Part shown: positions 58,512 through 64,000 of the stretch, piece by piece
Layout of the letters: each line of letters starts with the position of its first letter
Numbering within the stretch: the stretch's first letter is position 1
NCBI GenBank assembly: GCA_963750165.1
Contig: CAVVPN010000011.1
Location: 1,248,001-1,312,000 of the forward strand
Direction of reading: 5' to 3'
DNA: 64,000 nt
DNA from: an uncultured Gemmataceae bacterium
Lineage (GTDB): Bacteria; Planctomycetota; Planctomycetia; Gemmatales; Gemmataceae
Position numbers and translations under genes: made by a program
The notes under the pieces: generated by a model
Told to the model about the DNA's origin: nothing
What the model saw: the letters and a program-made list of their open reading frames with translations, nothing else
Databases searched by the model: none

Positions 58512-59075
58512 TCACCACGGGGCACGCCTCAAGATTTTCCGTAGTTGATTGTACGTGATCCCGTCGAGCGAAACAGCGAGTGCGTCGCACGAGTTCCGCC
58601 AGGCTTGTACGGAAGGAAGATCCAGCGAGCCGCTGGCGGGGAGCGTCTTCCCCTGGTGGGCTGCCACGTTACGCCATTGGTTTAGGATGGCGAGGTGCTG
58701 TAGCCGCAGTGCGGTCGCCGGGTCAGCGGCCAGCGACGGGGCCAGATGGAAATCGAACCGCTTGAAATCCCTCTGTATGTTCTCGAAACTCGGATTGCCG
58801 TGGTCGAGGCTGCACTGTGGGGAGAATTGCCGTTCAACCAGCGCCTGCAAACTCACCCTGACCCTGGAAATAATCACCTGACCGACCTCGGTGTAAAGAT
58901 CGCGGCAGAAGCCTTGAAAGTGAGCGCTGAGCAGGACGACATAGCCGCGTAGATTCTCCTCGGCCAGATGGAGGTTCGGGGGCACGGCGGCCAGAGAGGC
59001 AGCGCACTGCGCCTCAATGTGTTGCAGGCGCACCAGCCGCTGATGCTGCCACTCCTTCAACGAGGTTGACGGCAT
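58512..59075 (-). CDS. HEPN-domain protein (RiboL-PSP/MAE_28990-like)
   Basis: YVVLLSAHFQGFCRDLY, GNPSFENI, RNVAAH (R-X4-H motif). Confidence 0.75.
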   Translation of the reverse strand: MPSTSLKEWQHQRLVRLQHIEAQCAASLAAVPPNLHLAEENLRGYVVLLSAHFQGFCRDLYTEVGQVIISRVRVSLQALVERQFSPQCSLDHGNPSFENIQRDFKRFDFHLAPSLAADPATALRLQHLAILNQWRNVAAHQGKTLPASGSLDLPSVQAWRNSCDALAVSLDGITYNQLRKILRRAPW

Positions 59076-59084
59076 GACACAGCC

Positions 59085-60110
59085 TCAGCGTGGCCCGTTC
59101 ACCGGGGCGGCGCCCGGGGACCGAGACATCATCCCCGGCACCGGCCGCAGCGTGCCGCGCTTGCCGGACTGGTTGGCGCGCTCGATGTTCTGCCGCGACT
59201 GGTTGAAAATCTGCACCGACCGCCGTCGTTGCTGGAAGAACTCCAGGTACGCCGGCCCCATCAGGATGATCGCCGCCGCCACCCAGAAGCAGAACACCGA
59301 CGGCATCAGCATCCAGAAACTGGTGCGATTCGCCTGCGCCTCGGCACGCTGCCGCGCCGTGGTGCGGAAGTTCGTGGACAGCTCCAGCAGCGTTGTGGCC
59401 GCGTCGGTGCCGAGTTTTTCGGATTGAATCAGCAGCAACGCCAGGTTGCGCACCCCCGGTAGCTGCACACGGTCGGCCCACTGCTTCAGCGCGTGCTCCA
59501 GGCTGTGCAGTTCGGCCTGCTGCCGCACGATCGTCAACTCCTGGGCCAGGGCCGGATGGGTGCGGTGCAGTTGCGCCGTCGCCTGGCGCAGGGCCGCGAG
59601 CAGATTCTGGCCAGCGGTCAGGCACAGCGTCAACAGGTCGATGGCCAGTGGCAGGCCGCGCTCGACGGCGCGGGCTCGCGTCCGGCCGCGCAGGTGGACG
59701 TGGACACGCGGCAGACTGAAGCCGAGCAGCGCCAGCACGCCGCCGCCGATGAGCATGGCGCCGACCTGTTCCGGCTCGACCAGCAGCGCCAGCACGCCCG
59801 CGGCCAGCAGCGGCAGCAGCACCAGCACCGCCCGGACAGCCAGGTACTCGACCAGGGCGGTGGGCCGGTAAAAGCCGGCGCTGCGCAACTCCTTCAACAG
59901 TTCGGCGCGCGCCGCCGGCCGCGGCGGCAGCTGCTCGGACAGCGGCGTTGTTAGCGGCCCGAAGACGAGCGGCGGCGGCGGCGGCTCGGCGTCCGGGTCG
60001 GCGGAGCGGAGGCGATCCGGCTGCGGCCGGCGGCGCAGCAGCCAGTACACCGCCAGGCACGCCCCGGTCACACCCAGGAAAACGCCGATCAGGGGCAGCC
60101 ACTCGTCCAT
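59085..60110 (-). CDS. tadC: Tad pilus inner-membrane protein (T2SS F family)
   Basis: LRSAGFY, LPLAIDLL, LIQSEKLGT, RQRAEAQA; follows tadB. Confidence 0.9.
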   Translation of the reverse strand: MDEWLPLIGVFLGVTGACLAVYWLLRRRPQPDRLRSADPDAEPPPPPLVFGPLTTPLSEQLPPRPAARAELLKELRSAGFYRPTALVEYLAVRAVLVLLPLLAAGVLALLVEPEQVGAMLIGGGVLALLGFSLPRVHVHLRGRTRARAVERGLPLAIDLLTLCLTAGQNLLAALRQATAQLHRTHPALAQELTIVRQQAELHSLEHALKQWADRVQLPGVRNLALLLIQSEKLGTDAATTLLELSTNFRTTARQRAEAQANRTSFWMLMPSVFCFWVAAAIILMGPAYLEFFQQRRRSVQIFNQSRQNIERANQSGKRGTLRPVPGMMSRSPGAAPVNGPR

Positions 60111-60123
60111 GAACTCACCTCCG

Positions 60124-60174
60124 GTTCGTGGTCCGTGGTCAGTTGCCACGGATCACGGACAACGGACAACGGAT
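60124..60174. repeat. Short inverted heptamer array
   Basis: TCGTGGT CCGTGGT CAGTTG... versus ACGGATC ACGGACA ACGGACA. Confidence 0.55.
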
Positions 60175-61114
60175 CAATACTCCACGCGCAGCAAACAGTA
60201 CAACCACACGGACCCGACGACCTCCAGGCTCAGGGCCGCGCCGAGGCGCGCAGGCCGCCCGCGCTGTCGAAGAAGCGCTGGACGAACTCCGGCTGCCACA
60301 GCGCGTAGCCGAGGAACAACAGCGGCGCCGCCGAGGCCACGAACAGCGCCGTGATGCGCCCCAGTGCCGTCGCCGCCCGGAAATAGCCGCGGAACAGGTT
60401 GCGGTCGCGCGTCGTCGCCGCCACGCGGTCCAGCAGCATCGTCAGGTTGCCGCCCATTGTCCGGTGCAGGGTCACCACCGTCACAAAGATGTCGAAGTCC
60501 ACCAGCTGCAGGCGCCGGGCCATGCCCTGCAGGGCCACCGGTACCGTCAGGCCGAGCTTGATCTGCTCGACGCTGCGGCGAAATTCTTCCGCCACCGGTG
60601 GATTGCCGTGCTCCGCCACCGTCTCCAGGGCCTGTTCCAGACTGAGACCGGCCCGCAGCGAACGGGCCACCAGGAAATAGGTGTCCGGCAGCAGCGCCTG
60701 GATGCGCTGGCGCCAGCGCGCCTGCAGGATCACGTAGACCAGCAGGGGCCCGGCAACGCCAACCACGACCGCCAGACCGATCAGCCCCGGATCCTCGCGC
60801 CACAGCAGCATGGCCCCGGCCAGCAGGACCGCGAGCACCGCCATCAGGCCGAGCGCCTGCGCCGGCGTCCAGCCCAGGCCGGTGCGCTGGATGAGGCGTT
60901 GAAACCCCTGATCGAGGCGCTTGCGCAGGCCGGCCGGCGGTCGCGGCTCGGTGGCGTCGGCGAACATTGGCGCGGCCTGCGCGGCGGTGTCGCTGTCCAG
61001 GCGGCGCCGCCAGAACGCCCGCCGTTGCTCCACGACGCCGCGGACCAGCACGAACAGCGCCAGCAGCAGCACCGCCGTGGCGGCCGTCAGTAGCGCGGGC
61101 AGGAACTCGGTCAT
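60174..61114 (-). CDS. tadB: Tad pilus inner-membrane protein; apparent frameshift near 60246
   Basis: ARSLRAGLSL, EQIKLG, GGNLTMLLD; last TM helix in the 60174 frame. Confidence 0.88.
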
Positions 61115-61140
61115 GGTCGCTTGCCTCCAACGCCTCTTCG

Positions 61141-61190
61141 TTCTGCCGCTTGCGGCCTAGCGCGCTTGCGCCAGGCCGCAAGCGGCAGAA
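61141..61190. repeat. REP-like hairpin
   Basis: TTCTGCCGCTTGCGGCCT...AGGCCGCAAGCGGCAGAA. Confidence 0.75.
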
Positions 61191-61192
61191 AG

Positions 61193-62578
61193 TCAGATTT
61201 CCCCTTCCTCCGCGTCCGGCTCGATCACGCGCACGTCCACGTCGTTTTCCGCCAACACGTCCGGGCCGGCCACTGGCAACGCGCGCGCGCAGAACAACTC
61301 GGGCGCCAGGTCGATGCCGACCGCGTGCAGTCGTCCCAGGCACTCCGGCACCACGCCGGTCGCGTGGAACTCACCGACCGCCTGGCCGTGCTGCACCCCC
61401 GTCTGGCGGAAGACGAACAGGTCGCGCACGACATAGCTGCGCCGCTTGCGCAGGCCCACCAGCTCCGAGACACGCATCAGTTTCCGGCGGCCGCCCTTGA
61501 GCCGGGCCAGCTGGATGACGATGCGCAGCGCCGAACTGATGTAGTGGCGAATGACCGGCATCGGCATCTCGAAGCCAGCCATCGTCACCATCATCTCCAG
61601 GCGGTTCAGCGCGTCGCGCGTGTCGTTGGCGTGGATGGTAGTCAGCGAACCTTCGTGGCCGGTGTTCATGGCTTGCAGCATGTCCAGCGCTTCCGCCCCG
61701 CGCACCTCGCCGACAATGATGCGATCCGGCCGCATGCGCAGCGCGTTCCGCACCAGGTCGCGCTGGGTGTAGGCGCCGACGCCCTCCATGTTCGGCAGCC
61801 GCGTCTCCAGGCGGACGACGTGCTTCTGCTGGATGCGCAATTCGGCCGAGTCCTCGATGGTCACCAGGCGTTCGTCGTGCGGGATGAAGCGCGACAGCGT
61901 GTTCAGGAAGGTCGTCTTGCCGGCGCCGGTGCCGCCGGAGATCAGCACATTCTGGCGGGCCTCGACGGCGGCGCGGAGGAAGTCGAGCACTGGTCGCGGC
62001 AGGGTGCCATTGGCCAGCAGGTCCTCCGCGTTCAGCTGGACGCCGAAACGGCGGATGGAGAGCACCGGGCCGTCCAGCGACAGCGGCGGAATGATGGCGT
62101 TGACGCGGCTGCCGTCCGGCAGGCGGGCGTCCACCAGCGGCGAGGACTCATCGACGCGCCGGCCAACGCGGGCGGTGATGCGCTGAATGATCTGGATGAG
62201 GTGGGCGTTGTCCGCGAACACCACCGGCGTCGAATGCAAGCGGCCGTGGCGCTCGATGTAGACCGTGCCGGCGCCGTTGACGAGGATGTCGCTGACGGTC
62301 GGATCGTTCATGAATGCTTCGAGCGGGCCGAGGCCGAACGCCTCGTTCATGATCTCCTCGACCAGCCGCTCACGCTCGACCTCGTTTAGCAGTTCGGGGC
62401 TGTTCTGGGCCAGCTGTCCGGCCAGGCCGCGGACCTCGCGGCGCAGTCGTTCGGACTTCACCTGGTCGAGACGGGAAATATCCAGCATTTCGACCAGCTG
62501 GCGGTGGATGTCCGCCTTGAGCTGCTGGAAGCGCTGGGCGGACGACGATGTCTCGGTGGCGGACTTGAATGCCTTCAT
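61193..62578 (-). CDS. cpaF: Tad pilus assembly ATPase
   Basis: [48 protein letters not shown]. Confidence 0.95.
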   Translation of the reverse strand: MKAFKSATETSSSAQRFQQLKADIHRQLVEMLDISRLDQVKSERLRREVRGLAGQLAQNSPELLNEVERERLVEEIMNEAFGLGPLEAFMNDPTVSDILVNGAGTVYIERHGRLHSTPVVFADNAHLIQIIQRITARVGRRVDESSPLVDARLPDGSRVNAIIPPLSLDGPVLSIRRFGVQLNAEDLLANGTLPRPVLDFLRAAVEARQNVLISGGTGAGKTTFLNTLSRFIPHDERLVTIEDSAELRIQQKHVVRLETRLPNMEGVGAYTQRDLVRNALRMRPDRIIVGEVRGAEALDMLQAMNTGHEGSLTTIHANDTRDALNRLEMMVTMAGFEMPMPVIRHYISSALRIVIQLARLKGGRRKLMRVSELVGLRKRRSYVVRDLFVFRQTGVQHGQAVGEFHATGVVPECLGRLHAVGIDLAPELFCARALPVAGPDVLAENDVDVRVIEPDAEEGEI

Positions 62579-62600
62579 GGCGCGGTCCCTCTCATGGTGA

Positions 62601-62664
62601 GGCGAACGGGAGCGTCAGCCCCCTGTTGGTTCGCGAGAACAGAGGGCTGACGCCCCCGCTCGCC
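62601..62664. repeat. REP-like hairpin related to the 16313/44607 family
   Basis: GGCGAACGGGAGCGTCAGCCC...GGGCTGACGCCCCCGCTCGCC. Confidence 0.7.
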
Positions 62665-62673
62665 GGGAATCGG

Positions 62674-63795
62674 TCAGCCCGCCCGGTTCTTGGGCAGGCC
62701 GTTGAGCCGGCCAGCCAGGCCGGCGAAGCTGCGCGTGATCGACGCCCGCCGGGCGGTGGCGATCAGCGGTTGGCCCTGGTTGAGGGCCTGGTTCACGCAT
62801 CCCGGGTCATCGGGGATCCACTCGGCGATGGGCAGCCCCAGCGCCTCCTGGGCCTTTTTCCAGGGAAATTGCTTGCGCTGACCGTAGCGGTTGGCAGCCA
62901 GGTGCAGTTTGCTGCGCGGCACGCCCTGCTCTTCCAGCTGCCGGATGAACTGCCGGCTCAGGCGCACCGAGGGCACGTCGAGGCGCACGACCAGCACCAC
63001 GCGATCAGCCAGGCGCAGCGCCTCCAGGTGGCTCGGCTCGATGCCGTGGCCGAGGTCCGCGACCGTATACGCGAACATGCTGCGCAGCAGCGCCAGCATC
63101 GCGCGCATGGCCGGCGGCTCGACGCGCACCGGCCGCAGCGTTTCGGGCTGGTAGGCCAGCACACTCAGCCGGGCCGGGTGCTCGACCAGGGCGCGGCGCA
63201 TCAGCGCGGCGTCGAGACGGTCCCAGGCGGCGGCCAGATCGGCGAAGCTGTGTTGCGGCAGCAGGTCGAGGTCAAGGGCCAGTTCCGGCACACCGCCGCC
63301 CAGTTCGGCCAGCACGACATGACCGGGTGACTCGGCCGCCAGCGCGAACGCGACGTTGCCTGCCACGGTGGTGACGCCGACGCCCGGCAACGCCCCGGTG
63401 ACAGCGAGGATCTTGCCCCATCGCATCGGCGCGGCGCCGATCAGGTGAAGCTTGCTCAGGGCGGCCAGCAACTCCGTGTGCAGGTCGTCCTCATGGAGAA
63501 ACTCGCGCGCCCCGCTGCGGAGCACCTGCAGGATTTGCTGCGAATCGGAGGACAGGCCGACGGCGAAGACGGGCGCCTTGATCTGCCCCACAGCGCGCTC
63601 GATGATCGGCAGGCCGCGCTGCAACTCCGTCCCCAGGCCGACGAGCACCAACTCGGCGGGCGCCTGCGCCAGGCGCTCCGGCAACTCCGCGAAGGAGACG
63701 CAATCCTCGGTGCCGCACTCCAGCCCGGTGCCGAGCACCGCTTGCCGCAACCGCTCCCGCAACACGCCAGCTTCTCTGGCGATGACCACACGCAT
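62674..63795 (-). CDS. cpaE: Tad pilus localisation protein (receiver-like domain + MinD-like ATPase)
   Basis: LRSGAREFL, GALPGVGVTT deviant Walker A, ANRYG, ALNQGQP; upstream of cpaF. Confidence 0.88.
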   Translation of the reverse strand: MRVVIAREAGVLRERLRQAVLGTGLECGTEDCVSFAELPERLAQAPAELVLVGLGTELQRGLPIIERAVGQIKAPVFAVGLSSDSQQILQVLRSGAREFLHEDDLHTELLAALSKLHLIGAAPMRWGKILAVTGALPGVGVTTVAGNVAFALAAESPGHVVLAELGGGVPELALDLDLLPQHSFADLAAAWDRLDAALMRRALVEHPARLSVLAYQPETLRPVRVEPPAMRAMLALLRSMFAYTVADLGHGIEPSHLEALRLADRVVLVVRLDVPSVRLSRQFIRQLEEQGVPRSKLHLAANRYGQRKQFPWKKAQEALGLPIAEWIPDDPGCVNQALNQGQPLIATARRASITRSFAGLAGRLNGLPKNRAG

Positions 63796-63856
63796 GAACC
63801 ATCCTCCTGGCTTCTTCCCCCCTCGCCCCCTTGCAGGGGAGAGGGGAGTATGTTTC

Positions 63857-64000
63857 TCACTCCACGAACCGCACCTTGCAGACATACGGGTTGAGTACCG
63901 GCACGCCGCCGACGCCGCGCCGCGTGTAGTCCGTGACCGCCGTGGCCGTGGACAGCATCGTCGGTTGCAGCGTGAAGGTCAGCGGCTGGCCGGCCGTCAC
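63857..64000 (-). CDS. 3' end of an upstream Tad-operon gene (TadG-like?), partial
   Basis: VTAGQPLTFTLQPTMLSTATAVTDYTR / VGGVPVLNPYVCKVRFVE* with one frame slip near 63918. Confidence 0.5.
   Translation of the reverse strand: MTAGQPLTFTLQPTMLSTATAVTDYTRRGVGGVPVLNPYVCKVRFVE

Overview
GC-rich bacterial chromosome window, most likely from a Planctomycetota (Gemmataceae-like) genome. Lineage markers are a DUF1559 prepilin-like gene, TIGR03067 proteins, planctomycete 'LEELE.R..PA' export motifs, PQQ-like and WD40 propellers, Uma2 nucleases and Ser/Thr kinases. It holds about 55 genes: a HEAT-repeat protein, the N-terminal half of a split 2-oxoacid:ferredoxin oxidoreductase, two MazF/PemK toxin-antitoxin loci, a PEP-CTERM protein next to a sigma54 activator, tandem WD40 paralogues, pgi, a TraR/DksA protein, a sulfotransferase/epimerase/split-transketolase/GT2/DUF4915 glycan cluster, and the 3' end of a Tad pilus operon with a HEPN gene appended. 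The best candidates for an undescribed system are (i) a co-oriented HemN-like radical SAM + GcvH-like lipoyl carrier + 2x[4Fe-4S] protein trio with a divergent pair of membrane-linked GTPases (28.7-34.8 kb), and (ii) a dense, multi-family set of REP-like intergenic palindromes, including nested, collapsed and 9-nt/7-nt periodic forms, plus remnants of a RAYT-like transposase bracketing a TA cassette. About 13 genes carry apparent 1-bp frameshifts in G/C-rich tracts, probably assembly errors. No rRNA, tRNA or CRISPR array was seen. All family assignments come from motif recognition by eye, not from database searches.
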